From: Patescibacteria group bacterium | Lineage (GTDB): Bacteria; Patescibacteriota; Patescibacteriia; Buchananbacterales; UBA6539 | Assembly (NCBI GenBank): GCA_041662625.1 | Contig: JBAZSB010000001.1 | Location: 1 to 49,571, forward strand | Length of the DNA stretch: 49,571 nt | Direction: 5' to 3' | In this document: piece by piece, positions 27,492-36,238 of the stretch | How positions within the stretch are numbered: position 1 is the stretch's first letter | How the letters are laid out: every line of letters starts with the position of its first letter | Made by a program: the position numbers and the translations under genes | Notes under the pieces: generated by a model | What the model saw: the letters and a program-made list of their open reading frames with translations, nothing else | The model's database searches: none | What the model was told of the DNA's origin: nothing

Positions 27492-27512
27492 AGGCTATCG
27501 ACTCGATAGCCT
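27492..27512. terminator. Perfect palindromic hairpin between convergent uvrC and cassette D
   Basis: aggctatcga-c-tcgatagcct. Weak U tracts on both strands. Confidence 0.55.
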
Positions 27513-27531
27513 CTTGTGCCGCCCCCCGGCT

Positions 27532-27807
27532 TTATTTGAAGAAAATGGCCGCGAGGGTGACAAGCCAGGGAACAAGATTAGACAGGATTTGCAGGGCAAA
27601 TCGCCATTTTGTCACCTTATTTCGCTCAACACTGAGTCGGTTGCTTTCCTGGCGGTGGAGTAAGGTGTAAATCCCTTGGGCGAGTTGCCACTGTTTTTCT
27701 TCCTCCCACTTAGGGAATTGACTAGCGATAATCTCCTTAATCCGCTTCATCTCCTCGAGAATTTCCACTACTACAGTTTCTGTCAGTCCGGTTTGTTTCT
27801 TTTTCAT
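27532..27807 (-). CDS. Hypothetical protein, 91 aa, C-terminal hydrophobic helix (intermediate GC)
   Basis: Strong SD aaggagaagg before the ATG. C-terminus ILSNLVPWLVTLAAIFF. No family recognised. Confidence 0.55.
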   Translation of the reverse strand: MKKKQTGLTETVVVEILEEMKRIKEIIASQFPKWEEEKQWQLAQGIYTLLHRQESNRLSVERNKVTKWRFALQILSNLVPWLVTLAAIFFK

Positions 27808-27837
27808 TATCCTTCTCCTTGTCTTGTTTCAGCTGTC

Positions 27838-27870
27838 AAAAAAACCGCATATTTCTATGAAACTGCGGTT
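27838..27870 (-). promoter_or_regulatory. Terminator-like hairpin inside the 5' leader of cassette D (attenuator or riboswitch expression platform candidate)
   Basis: Minus strand aaccgcagtttcatagaaatatgcggtt followed by T7, about 30 nt upstream of the SD. Preceded by a ~50-nt near-perfect hairpin (27879-27929). Confidence 0.5.
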
Positions 27871-27973
27871 CTTTTGTTAATGTTCAGGAGACTGAAGCCA
27901 AAGTTTTGGCGGCAGTCTGCCTAAACATTAGGAGTGATTAGTTTTTTGAAAGGACTTTGTTTCTTACATTACT

Positions 27974-28002
27974 ATAATAGCATACATAATTTTTTTTGTC
28001 AA
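27974..28002 (-). promoter_or_regulatory. Putative promoter of cassette D
   Basis: Minus strand TTGACA-aaaaaaattatgtatgc(17)-TATTAT. Confidence 0.45.
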
Positions 28003-28013
28003 TTTTTTAATCA

Positions 28014-28042
28014 TTGGAATAATTAGTATTTTTTGCTATAAT
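28014..28042 (+). promoter_or_regulatory. Putative promoter of the VIT-like gene
   Basis: TTGGAA, 17 nt, TATAAT with TG at -14. Confidence 0.45.
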
Positions 28043-28076
28043 TTTAGAAGAGCAGATCGATCTTAAAGTAAAAACA

Positions 28077-28574
28077 ATGAGATGGAGAAAATCATCAATT
28101 GAAGAATCACTGACTACCGGTCTAAGTTTTGGCCTGACTTCGGCCACAATTACTACCCTAGGATTAATGATCGGCTTAAATTCCAGCACCAACTCAAGAA
28201 TGGTAGTGATCGGCGGAATTTTAACCATTGCCGTGGCTGATGCTTTTTCTGATGCTTTGGGCATTCATTTGGCCGAAGAATCAGACAGTGAACATACAGC
28301 CAAAGAAATCTGGCTTTCAACCGTCTTTACCTTTCTGGCTAAATTTTTGTTTGCTTTAACTTTTTTACTTCCGGTTCTAAACTTAAGTCTTGGTGTGGCA
28401 ATCTGGGTAGATATTATTTGGGGTTTACTCATCCTTAGTACTTTAAGTTTTGTCATCGCCAAGGCGCAAAAGAACAAACCGCATAAAGTAATATTTGAGC
28501 ATCTGTTTATTGCTATCATTGTAATATTTTTAGCTAATTTAGTTGGTCACTGGATTAAGACAATTTTTGGTTAA
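28077..28574 (+). CDS. Small membrane protein, VIT1/CCC1-like (tentative)
   Basis: 165 aa with GGILTIAVADAFSDALGIHLAEE followed by hydrophobic helices, resembling the membrane part of VIT-family proteins. Confidence 0.55.
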   Translation: MRWRKSSIEESLTTGLSFGLTSATITTLGLMIGLNSSTNSRMVVIGGILTIAVADAFSDALGIHLAEESDSEHTAKEIWLSTVFTFLAKFLFALTFLLPVLNLSLGVAIWVDIIWGLLILSTLSFVIAKAQKNKPHKVIFEHLFIAIIVIFLANLVGHWIKTIFG

Positions 28575-28636
28575 TTTTTTGATTTATAATTATCTTAAGC
28601 TGGTGATTTTTTAAATTTGTTGCTATAATATTATTT

Positions 28637-29857
28637 ATGAAGTTTAAGAAAATCATTATCATTTTAGCTGTAGCCGGCTTAGGTCTGGCTGTTTTTATTT
28701 GGTTAAATAAAAGTTTTGTTAATAAGACTAAAAATGATCAACCAGCGGAGAAAATTGAAACTACTTATACTAAAAAATTTGAAGTGACTGAGGGTTCAAC
28801 CTATGGCATTCTCATGAATGAAGCTGGGATTGCCACGACGACACGCCAGCAAATTTTTGATGCGGCGGCAGATTTGTATGATTTAAGCAATGTCCGGACC
28901 GGACGAAGCATTAGCCTAATCTACGACAAGCAGACTAATGAACTGCAGCAATTCATTTATCCGATTGACACCGAAGAAGAACTTTATATCACTTTACAAG
29001 TAAGCACGACGGCAACGACTACCGAACCAGTTTGGCTGGCCGAAAGAAAAGTCATTCCTTATGAAATAAAAATTAAAACGGCGCAAGGTTTGATTGAAAC
29101 TTCAATGTATGAAGCGGCCTTGGCCCAGGGAATTGATGAACGGGCTGTGATCGGCTTTGCTGATGCTTTTCAATGGACGATTGATTTTGCCTGGGAAGTC
29201 CAGAAAGGGGATACTTTTAAATTTATTTATGAGCAGCGTTATCGCGATGGCCAGTATGTCATGCCCGGCAAAGTTTTAGCCGGTAAGTTTGTTAATTCTG
29301 GCCAAGCGCTTTATGCTTTTTATTACAAAGAGTCAGACACTAACGAAGGCTATTTTGACCAGGATGGCAATTCGGCAGAAAGGGTTTTTTTGAAAGCGCC
29401 ACTGGCTTTCCGCTACATTTCTTCCGGCTTTACTACGGGCCTGCGCTATATTGCCGCTTTTGATATTGCCACCGGCCACCGGGCCATTGATTATGCAGCG
29501 GCATATGGCACGCCGATTCGTGCTGTCGGGGATGGCACAGTGGTTTTTGCCGGTTGGAACGGCGCCTATGGCCGGATGGTTAAAATCAGACACAATTCAA
29601 CTTACCAAACTAATTACGGCCACATGTCAAAAATCGCGGTTACATATGGTCAGCAGGTGACTCAAGGCCAAACGATTGGTTATGTTGGTTCCACTGGTCT
29701 TTCCACTGGTCCGCACCTGCATTATGAAATGGTAAAAAACGGCGCCAAAATCAATCCGTTCAAAGAAGTTTTCCCGCCGAGTGCAGGGATTCAAGAGGAA
29801 AATAAGTCAGCTTATCTGGCGGCGATCAAAGACTGGAAAGAGCAGTTGGATCAGTAA
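28637..29857 (+). CDS. M23 family metallopeptidase with N-terminal membrane anchor
   Basis: HRAIDYAA...GDGTV...GHMS...GSTGLSTGPHLHYEM (LytM/M23 motifs). Confidence 0.85.
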   Translation: MKFKKIIIILAVAGLGLAVFIWLNKSFVNKTKNDQPAEKIETTYTKKFEVTEGSTYGILMNEAGIATTTRQQIFDAAADLYDLSNVRTGRSISLIYDKQTNELQQFIYPIDTEEELYITLQVSTTATTTEPVWLAERKVIPYEIKIKTAQGLIETSMYEAALAQGIDERAVIGFADAFQWTIDFAWEVQKGDTFKFIYEQRYRDGQYVMPGKVLAGKFVNSGQALYAFYYKESDTNEGYFDQDGNSAERVFLKAPLAFRYISSGFTTGLRYIAAFDIATGHRAIDYAAAYGTPIRAVGDGTVVFAGWNGAYGRMVKIRHNSTYQTNYGHMSKIAVTYGQQVTQGQTIGYVGSTGLSTGPHLHYEMVKNGAKINPFKEVFPPSAGIQEENKSAYLAAIKDWKEQLDQ

Positions 29858-29874
29858 CTCCAAAATATTTTATG

Positions 29875-29902
29875 AAAAACACGAATGCTTTCGTGTTTTT
29901 TT
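29875..29902 (+). terminator. Rho-independent terminator
   Basis: aaaaacacgaa-tgct-ttcgtgttttttt. Confidence 0.75.
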
Positions 29903-29928
29903 ATTTTTTAATTTCTTCCAATTTAAAA

Positions 29929-29957
29929 TTGACTTTACTGCTGAAATTGGCTAAGAT
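29929..29957 (+). promoter_or_regulatory. Putative promoter of the FGGY kinase gene
   Basis: TTGACT-ttactgctgaaattggc(17)-TAAGAT, followed by a ~125-nt leader with several hairpins. Confidence 0.5.
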
Positions 29958-30084
29958 ATTAAACTGCCAGAAGTTTTGGTTTGGCAGGAAACATCTTCGT
30001 TCTCAGACAAAAATAGAACCAAGAAAACTGGCTGACCTGTTGTCAGTAAGAGTTTCTGGTTCACAAGAATTAGGAGGGAGACGG

Positions 30085-31662
30085 ATGATACGTCCATTAT
30101 GTGTCGGAGTAGACGGCGGGACAACGGCGACCAAAGCGGCTGCCTATGATCCCGCTGGAAAACTGATTGTCGCCGGAGATTCATTTGGTGGCTACCCCAT
30201 CCTTGGTGACGGCATCGGCAGCAGTGAGCAACTCATCGAGCAGATCATTCCGGCTGTCTATGGCGCTTTGCGCGATTTGACCAACCGGCTTTTTCGCGGA
30301 GGCTACACGCGCCAAGATCTGTTGGCCGGTGCCATGGCTGCGACTTTCCAGATGCACACATCAGTGCCGCTGGATGAGCAGTATCGGCCGGTGCGGGATC
30401 GGGTGATCCTTTGGAACAACGCGAACGGCGGTGACTTGGTGGCGATGATGATTGAGCAGCTCGGCCTGGAAGCCGTGATTCGATTGACCAACAATCATCC
30501 GACGCCGGGGTATAGCCTGTTTCACAACTTGTTGGTGAAACGGTCTGATCCGGATCTATGGAGTAAGGCGCGGCACATCGGTCTGCTCAACAGCCTGTTT
30601 GCCTTCTGGCTGACCGGCCGCCACGCCTTGAACTGGAATGACGCCGCGGGTACCCTGGCTTTCGACGTGGCTCACGGCTGTTGGAGTAAAGAGGTGGCCG
30701 ATTGGTCCGGTATTTCGGCTGAATTCTGGCCGGAAGTCGTGGCACCAGATGCCTGTATCGGCAAAATCCGCGGCATTGAGGCGGAAACCGGTATTCCGGA
30801 TGGTATGCGGCTCTATGGCGGGCTGGGCGATTGTGCGGCCGGTGCGCTCGGTAGTGGTGTGGTCCTGCCGGGTCAGGCCTGCGGCATTCTCGGAACGGCC
30901 GGCATTTTCGTCGTGCCGACGGAGCAGCTTGTCGTTGACTTGAAAGGCGGTGGACGAGTTCAGTCCTATGGCTTTGTCGAAGGCCTTTCACATCTGCTCA
31001 GCACCAATCTGTCGGCAGGTGCCTGCATTGAACAGCTCCGGCGCTTGGTCTTGGGTCTGAAGCCAGACGAAGAAGTTGCCGAGGCTGACTTGAATGCTCG
31101 TTTGAGTCTGGCTACGCTTGATGCCATGGCATCCGAAGTGCCGTTCGGTAAGAATGGTGTCATGGTTGACACGCGTTATGCTGGTGAACGCACGGGCGAA
31201 CCTGGTTGGAATCCCCAAGCCCGCGGTCGCTGGCAAGGTCTTTCGCCTTCGACGTCTCTTGGAGAAATTCACCTTGCCCTGATGATGGGTGTAGCCTTCC
31301 AGCAGATGCTGCACTATCGGATTTGCGTCGGTTACGACGGCGTCACCATGGATGACATCACCCTGATGGGCGGCGGCACCAAGAGTCCGTTCTATACGGC
31401 GCTTCTGACCGCCGGACTCAAGGCGCTCAATCCAAAGCTTGTCGTGCGCAAGCTTGGTGCGGGCCAAGGCGGCGGCGCCCGTGGTATGGCGTTACTGGCT
31501 GGCAAAGGTGCTGGTTTGATCACGGATCTGGCCAAGGTGGCCGGCGATGTCGAGCGCGGCGAGCCCATCACCACTCAACATCCCAGTCAGGGTCTGGACA
31601 TGGTCCAGCCGATGGCGGATCAATTCCAGCGCTGGCTGGAGGAGTGCTACGCGCTGCAGTAG
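30085..31662 (+). CDS. FGGY-family carbohydrate kinase (xylulokinase/glycerol kinase-like), GC-rich
   Basis: 525 aa from the ATG at 30085 (SD aggaggga). N-terminus CVGVDGGTTATKAAAYD is the FGGY phosphate-1 motif. The listed 29872 start translates the promoter and leader. Confidence 0.85.
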   Translation: MIRPLCVGVDGGTTATKAAAYDPAGKLIVAGDSFGGYPILGDGIGSSEQLIEQIIPAVYGALRDLTNRLFRGGYTRQDLLAGAMAATFQMHTSVPLDEQYRPVRDRVILWNNANGGDLVAMMIEQLGLEAVIRLTNNHPTPGYSLFHNLLVKRSDPDLWSKARHIGLLNSLFAFWLTGRHALNWNDAAGTLAFDVAHGCWSKEVADWSGISAEFWPEVVAPDACIGKIRGIEAETGIPDGMRLYGGLGDCAAGALGSGVVLPGQACGILGTAGIFVVPTEQLVVDLKGGGRVQSYGFVEGLSHLLSTNLSAGACIEQLRRLVLGLKPDEEVAEADLNARLSLATLDAMASEVPFGKNGVMVDTRYAGERTGEPGWNPQARGRWQGLSPSTSLGEIHLALMMGVAFQQMLHYRICVGYDGVTMDDITLMGGGTKSPFYTALLTAGLKALNPKLVVRKLGAGQGGGARGMALLAGKGAGLITDLAKVAGDVERGEPITTQHPSQGLDMVQPMADQFQRWLEECYALQ

Positions 31663-31704
31663 CAGTAATGGAGGGATTGAAGTCCTTTTGTAAAGTCTAT
31701 GTGG

Positions 31705-31741
31705 GGTTGATGACGGCTGTCCGTTGTCAACCTCTTTTTTA
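31705..31741 (+). terminator. Terminator of the FGGY kinase gene
   Basis: ggttgatgacgg-ctgt-ccgttgtcaacc followed by tctttttt. Confidence 0.6.
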
Positions 31742-31742
31742 T

Positions 31743-31780
31743 AAAAAAAGAAGGGGTCTCTCCGATTCCGGAGATTCCCC
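31743..31780 (-). terminator. Terminator of the SDR-PfkB operon
   Basis: Minus strand ggggaatctccggaatcggagagacccc followed by ttcttttttt. Confidence 0.65.
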
Positions 31781-31816
31781 GTGTTGAACTTATATTCCTC
31801 CTCCTCCATGTGCCGC

Positions 31817-32920
31817 TTATCGGCTGACGCGCGCGTTGCCCTCCCAGACTTTCCAGATCTGCTGGGGGTCAAACCCCGTGAAGTAGTCTTCCAGACACGT
31901 GACGACGTAAGCACCAGTCGCCCAAGCAAACTGGAGACACTTCTTCGGTTCCCAGCCCTGGAGGATACCGTAGATCAGCCCGCCGGCGAAGGCGTCGCCG
32001 CCGCCGATGCGGTCCAAAATGTCAATCGGCTTGGGCTTGATGACGCGGAACCGCTGTTCGGCTTTGGTCCACATGATCGCGCCCCAGAGATTGACATTCG
32101 CGCTGACCACACCGCGCAGAGTGGTAGCGAAGACCTCAACTTGCGGGTACGCTTTGCGCGCTTTGTTGATCATCACCTTGAAGGCCGCAATCTTCTTGCC
32201 CAGGTCTTTACTGATAGCCGGTCCGGTGATTCCCAGGCAACACTGGAAGTCTTCCTCGTTGCCCATCAGAACATCGGCTAGTTTGGCAATCTCCTGGAAG
32301 AGCTTTCGGAGTTCTTGTTCCCGGCCTTTCCAGAACGAAGCACGGTAATTCAGATCGAAGACGATCTTCGTCCCGTTCTTTTTTGCCGCTTTGGCGATTG
32401 CTAAGCAGAGTCGGCCGGTTCCTGGAGAAATGGCAGCGAACAAACCAGAGATATGAACGATTTGGACGCCGCGCCGGCCGAAGATTTCTTCCAGATCGAA
32501 GTGCTCCGGCTCAAGCATGGCGCCGACTTCTCCGGCCCGGGCATTACTGACAACCGCACCCCGAGTGCCGAATCCGCTGTCGGCTTCGTTGGTGGCATGT
32601 CGATGCCCCCATGGTCCTGTTGGTTCGAACCATTTCTCAAAGACGGTCATGCCGCGGCTGCGCAGATCACGTCGGACTGTATGGCTGTCAGGATTACCCT
32701 TAATGAGCGCTGTCATGACAGCGACCGGTAAGTCCAGATACGACGAGACGCTGGCGACGTTGGTTTCAGCGCTTGTGACTTGCACTATTCGCAAGCCCGG
32801 ACCGATATTCGGTTGCCGAAACAATGGAGTTTCCCGCAGGTTGACGCTTGAAGCGACGGCGAGTGCGAATTGGCACCCTGGTTTGAGCCTGATGATTCTT
32901 GCTTTACCGTTCGGTTTCAT
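31817..32920 (-). CDS. PfkB/ribokinase-family sugar kinase (2-keto-3-deoxygluconate kinase-like), GC-rich
   Basis: 367 aa with C-terminal signature DRIGGGDAFAGGLIYG. The N-terminal ~35 aa are atypical. Confidence 0.8.
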   Translation of the reverse strand: MKPNGKARIIRLKPGCQFALAVASSVNLRETPLFRQPNIGPGLRIVQVTSAETNVASVSSYLDLPVAVMTALIKGNPDSHTVRRDLRSRGMTVFEKWFEPTGPWGHRHATNEADSGFGTRGAVVSNARAGEVGAMLEPEHFDLEEIFGRRGVQIVHISGLFAAISPGTGRLCLAIAKAAKKNGTKIVFDLNYRASFWKGREQELRKLFQEIAKLADVLMGNEEDFQCCLGITGPAISKDLGKKIAAFKVMINKARKAYPQVEVFATTLRGVVSANVNLWGAIMWTKAEQRFRVIKPKPIDILDRIGGGDAFAGGLIYGILQGWEPKKCLQFAWATGAYVVTCLEDYFTGFDPQQIWKVWEGNARVSR

Positions 32921-32939
32921 CGTGTCTGTTCTCCTCTCA

Positions 32940-33893
32940 TCATGCTTCCCCGGAACTTATCTCATCGGGTTTTGGAGCGCCTCCGGGTTCAAAGTGGAAA
33001 CCTCTTTGGGGTACCGTATCTGCGTCAACCGCTCCTTCTGGGACGAGGGTTGTGACGTCATCTCCGGGATTGGGTATACCGGTAATTGCCAGCGTTCCAC
33101 TCATCGCCTCGCCCACGCCGCAGATGCTGAAGCCGCCGTCAACGGTAATACAGGTACCGTTGATAAAAGAAGCTGCACCGCTACAGAGAAACGCCACTGC
33201 ACCAGCGACTTCTTCCGGCATGCCGAAACGTTCCATGGGCGTACGCACCTGAATCCGCTTACCGCGATCGCCACTCTGCAGAATTTCTCGATTCTGTCCG
33301 GCCGGGATAAACCCGGGCACAACGGCGACGGTACGGATACCGTTCGTGATCAGCTCCAATTCGACTGCCAGTTGGCGGGTCAGAGCCAGCAAGCCCGCTT
33401 TCGCACAGGCATAGGCGGTCACTCCGCTCAACGCTTGGGAACTCGCGATTGAGCAGATATTGACTATCGTGCCGCCGTGGCCTTGCTTAAGCATCTGCTG
33501 CAGCACCGCCTTGGTGACTCGGACTGCTCCGAGCAAATTGACATCAAGGATTGTCTGGAACTCTTCAATACTTGTGTCCAGAAACGGTTTCTTCTGGTTT
33601 ATCCCGGCACAGTTGACCAGGACGTCAATCGCCCCGAACTTCTCGAGTCCTTGGGCCAGAGCAGCTTTGACACCCGTGTCGTCAGTCACGTCGAGCCGAC
33701 AGACCAAGAAGCTGTCAGCCGGGTACTCATTGGCTAACGCTTGTTGTGCCGCCGCTACTTTTTCACTGCTGGACGAACCACAGATGACTTTGGCTCCCAA
33801 ACTCAGGAGCATCTTGACGATCGCCAGGCCGATATAGCCTGTGCCGCCAGTTACCAGCGCTACTTTTCCCGTCAAATCAAAGAGCTTGTGCAT
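32940..33893 (-). CDS. Short-chain dehydrogenase/reductase with ~55-aa C-terminal extension, GC-rich
   Basis: TGGTGYIGLAI (NAD(P) binding), YACAKAG (YxxxK), VDGGF. Start set at the ATG at 33893 behind aaggaga. The tail after VDGG is low-complexity. Confidence 0.85.
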   Translation of the reverse strand: MHKLFDLTGKVALVTGGTGYIGLAIVKMLLSLGAKVICGSSSSEKVAAAQQALANEYPADSFLVCRLDVTDDTGVKAALAQGLEKFGAIDVLVNCAGINQKKPFLDTSIEEFQTILDVNLLGAVRVTKAVLQQMLKQGHGGTIVNICSIASSQALSGVTAYACAKAGLLALTRQLAVELELITNGIRTVAVVPGFIPAGQNREILQSGDRGKRIQVRTPMERFGMPEEVAGAVAFLCSGAASFINGTCITVDGGFSICGVGEAMSGTLAITGIPNPGDDVTTLVPEGAVDADTVPQRGFHFEPGGAPKPDEISSGEA

Positions 33894-33964
33894 AGGTGTT
33901 CTCCTTGTTGCTACGTTGTCCATTCCAACCAATCAACCAGATTCTAACAAAACCACAGTGGTTA

Positions 33965-33993
33965 ATCTTATTATATATTTTTTCTTAAGTCAA
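33965..33993 (-). promoter_or_regulatory. Putative promoter of the SDR-PfkB operon
   Basis: Minus strand TTGACT-taagaaaaaatatataa(17)-TAAGAT. Confidence 0.5.
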
Positions 33994-34030
33994 TTTGATT
34001 TTTAGCCCATTTTATGTTATTTTTTAGGAT

Positions 34031-34696
34031 ATGAGCACTCTTTATGTGGTCGCTACACCAATAGGCAATCTAGAAGACATTACCCTGCGGGCGATGCGGG
34101 TTTTGAAAGAAGTTGATTTAATTGCCTGTGAAGATACGCGGTTAACCAAAAGGCTTTTAGATCATTATCAAATCACCACGCCAACAATCAGCTATCATCA
34201 GCATAGCCAAGTCGGCAAGATTGATTTTTTAATTTCTAAGTTAAAAGAAGGCAAAAATTTGGCTTTGGTATCTGATGCCGGCACGCCAGGCATTTCCGAC
34301 CCGGGTGGTTTGTTGGTTCAGGCGGCCAATCGAGAAGGCATTAAAGTTGAAACGATTCCGGGTCCCTCAGCTGTTGTTGCGGCGCTTTCCGTTTCCGGAT
34401 TACCGACAGACCGCTTTCTGTTTTTAGGCTTTCTGCCGCACAAAAAAGGCCGGGAAACTTTGGTTAAAGAAATTGTTGAATCAAAATATACTATAGTTTT
34501 TTACGAATCAGTCCATCGGATTATCAAAGCTTTGGAACAACTCCAGGCGGCCAATCTCAATCGAGAAGTCGTAGTCTGTCGGGAATTGACCAAAAAATTT
34601 GAAACAGTCTATCGGGGTAAGGTTAATGAAGTTTTAGAAAAATTAAAGCCCGAGGCAGTTAAAGGGGAATTCGTGGTAATAGTTTCCAACAAGTGA
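34031..34696 (+). CDS. rsmI: 16S rRNA (cytidine-2'-O)-methyltransferase RsmI
   Basis: LYVVATPIGNLEDITLRA...IACEDTR, tetrapyrrole-methylase fold. Confidence 0.9.
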   Translation: MSTLYVVATPIGNLEDITLRAMRVLKEVDLIACEDTRLTKRLLDHYQITTPTISYHQHSQVGKIDFLISKLKEGKNLALVSDAGTPGISDPGGLLVQAANREGIKVETIPGPSAVVAALSVSGLPTDRFLFLGFLPHKKGRETLVKEIVESKYTIVFYESVHRIIKALEQLQAANLNREVVVCRELTKKFETVYRGKVNEVLEKLKPEAVKGEFVVIVSNK

Positions 34697-34704
34697 TTTG
34701 CCCT

Positions 34705-34790
34705 TGTCATTCCGAACCCCGTTATTCAACGGGGCAGGCTTGATTCGGAATTTCATTTAATGAGACCCTGAAATAAATTCAGGGTGACAA
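34705..34790. repeat. Two-hairpin intergenic element, copy 1 (TGTCATTCCGAA ... TTCAGGGTGACAA)
   Basis: Hairpins ccccgttattcaacgggg and ccctgaaataaattcaggg. The ends are inverted (ttgtcat / gtgacaa). Related copy at 36239-36305. Confidence 0.6.
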
Positions 34791-34801
34791 CTCTAAAAAT
34801 T

Positions 34802-36232
34802 ATGTCTAAGAAATTTTACATCACCACCGCCATCCCTTATGTCAACGCCAGTCCGCACATTGGCATGGCTTTGGAATACGTCCAAACTGACGTCGTGGCC
34901 CGTTATCATCGACAAAAAGGCGATGATGTTTTCTTTTTGACCGGGGCGGACGAAAATAGTTTAAAAAATGTCCAGGCCGCCGAGAAAGAGGGAATTTCCA
35001 CCAAAGAGTTGGTTGATAAAAACACCAAGCGTTTTATTGAAGCCACTAAGATTTTAAACATAACTAATGATGATTTTATTCGGACGACAGCCAAAAAACA
35101 TTTTGCCGGAAGCCAAAAGCTTTGGTTAGCCTGTAAAAAAGAAGATATTTATCAAAAGAAATACCGGGGGCTTTATTGCGTCGGTTGTGAACAGTTTTAT
35201 CTGGAGAAAGAATTGGTTGACGGCAAGTGCCCCGAGCACCTGACCAAGCCGGAAGTAGTGGAAGAAGAGAATTATTTTTTTAAACTTTCTAATTATCAAA
35301 AGAAGCTGGAAAAATTAATCGAATCGGATCAATACCAGGTTGTTCCCCAGTCGCGGAAAAATGAAGTTTTAAGTTTTATCAAAATGGGTCTGGAAGATTT
35401 TTCCATTTCCCGCTCGCAGAAGCGCGCCAAAAATTGGGGCGTGCCCGTACCCGGTGATGAGGCGCAAGTAATGTATGTTTGGTTTGACGCTTTAAGTAAT
35501 TATATTACCGCTTTAGATTACGATAGTGATGGTAAAAATTTTAAAAAGTACTGGCCCGCCGATGTCCATGTGGTGGGCAAAGGCATTATTCGTTTTCACG
35601 CGGTGTACTGGCCAGCAATGTTAATGTCCGCCGGGTTGGCTTTGCCTAAAAAATTATTTGTTCATGGTTATATTAATATTGAAGGTGGCAAGATGTCGAA
35701 ATCTTTGGGCAATGTCGTTGATCCCTTTGAATTAGTCAACAAATACGGGGTTGAGCCAGTGCGTTATTATCTGCTTCGTTATATTCATCCAGTTCAAGAT
35801 AGTGATTTTAGTATTGAACAATTTGAGCAGGCTTATACTGCAGATTTGGCCAATGGCTTGGGTAATCTGGTGAGTCGGGTAGCGGGGTTAGTTGAGCAAA
35901 ATTCAGTCGAGATTAAGCAAGATAAGCAAGATAAGCAATATAAGGAGTTTGGTAAGTTAGTAGATGGATTTTTGTTTGACCAGGCTTTGAAATATATTTG
36001 GGATAAAATTTCCGCCTTAGACGGGCTGATTGCCGAAACTAAGCCTTGGGAATTAGCTAAGCAAGGTAAGACCAAAGAATTGGCAAAAGTTTTAAATGAA
36101 GCGGCCGGCGGTATTCTGCAGGTGAGCCAATTGTTAGTGCCTTTCTTGCCCGAGACGGCAGAAAAAATAGAAAAGGTTTTTACGGCTAAACCTATTAAAA
36201 AAGGCGAGCCGCTGTTTCCAAGATTAACATAA
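34802..36232 (+). CDS. metG: Methionyl-tRNA synthetase
   Basis: HIGMALE (HIGH), KMSKSLGN (KMSKS) and a CxxC...CPEH zinc knuckle. Start at the ATG at 34802; the listed GTG at 34784 lies in the repeat. Confidence 0.9.
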   Translation: MSKKFYITTAIPYVNASPHIGMALEYVQTDVVARYHRQKGDDVFFLTGADENSLKNVQAAEKEGISTKELVDKNTKRFIEATKILNITNDDFIRTTAKKHFAGSQKLWLACKKEDIYQKKYRGLYCVGCEQFYLEKELVDGKCPEHLTKPEVVEEENYFFKLSNYQKKLEKLIESDQYQVVPQSRKNEVLSFIKMGLEDFSISRSQKRAKNWGVPVPGDEAQVMYVWFDALSNYITALDYDSDGKNFKKYWPADVHVVGKGIIRFHAVYWPAMLMSAGLALPKKLFVHGYINIEGGKMSKSLGNVVDPFELVNKYGVEPVRYYLLRYIHPVQDSDFSIEQFEQAYTADLANGLGNLVSRVAGLVEQNSVEIKQDKQDKQYKEFGKLVDGFLFDQALKYIWDKISALDGLIAETKPWELAKQGKTKELAKVLNEAAGGILQVSQLLVPFLPETAEKIEKVFTAKPIKKGEPLFPRLT

Positions 36233-36238
36233 TTAGAT

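Noticed and set aside
29872-30084. N-terminal 71 codons of the listed 596-aa ORF.
   Set aside because: This part is AT-rich and spans the M23 terminator, the predicted promoter and the leader. The FGGY homology and a strong SD begin at 30085.
30587-33947. Long alternative-frame ORFs in cassette E (30587..30991 -, 30988..31467 -, 32517..33452 + at 311 aa, 33460..33837 +).
   Set aside because: They overlap frames with clear FGGY, PfkB and SDR motifs. Their translations are Arg/Pro/Ser-rich, low-complexity shadow products.
35914-35940. Short tandem repeat aagcaagat x3 in metG (QDKQDKQ).
   Set aside because: It is tiny, in-frame and lies in a variable linker of MetRS, so it is not considered significant.
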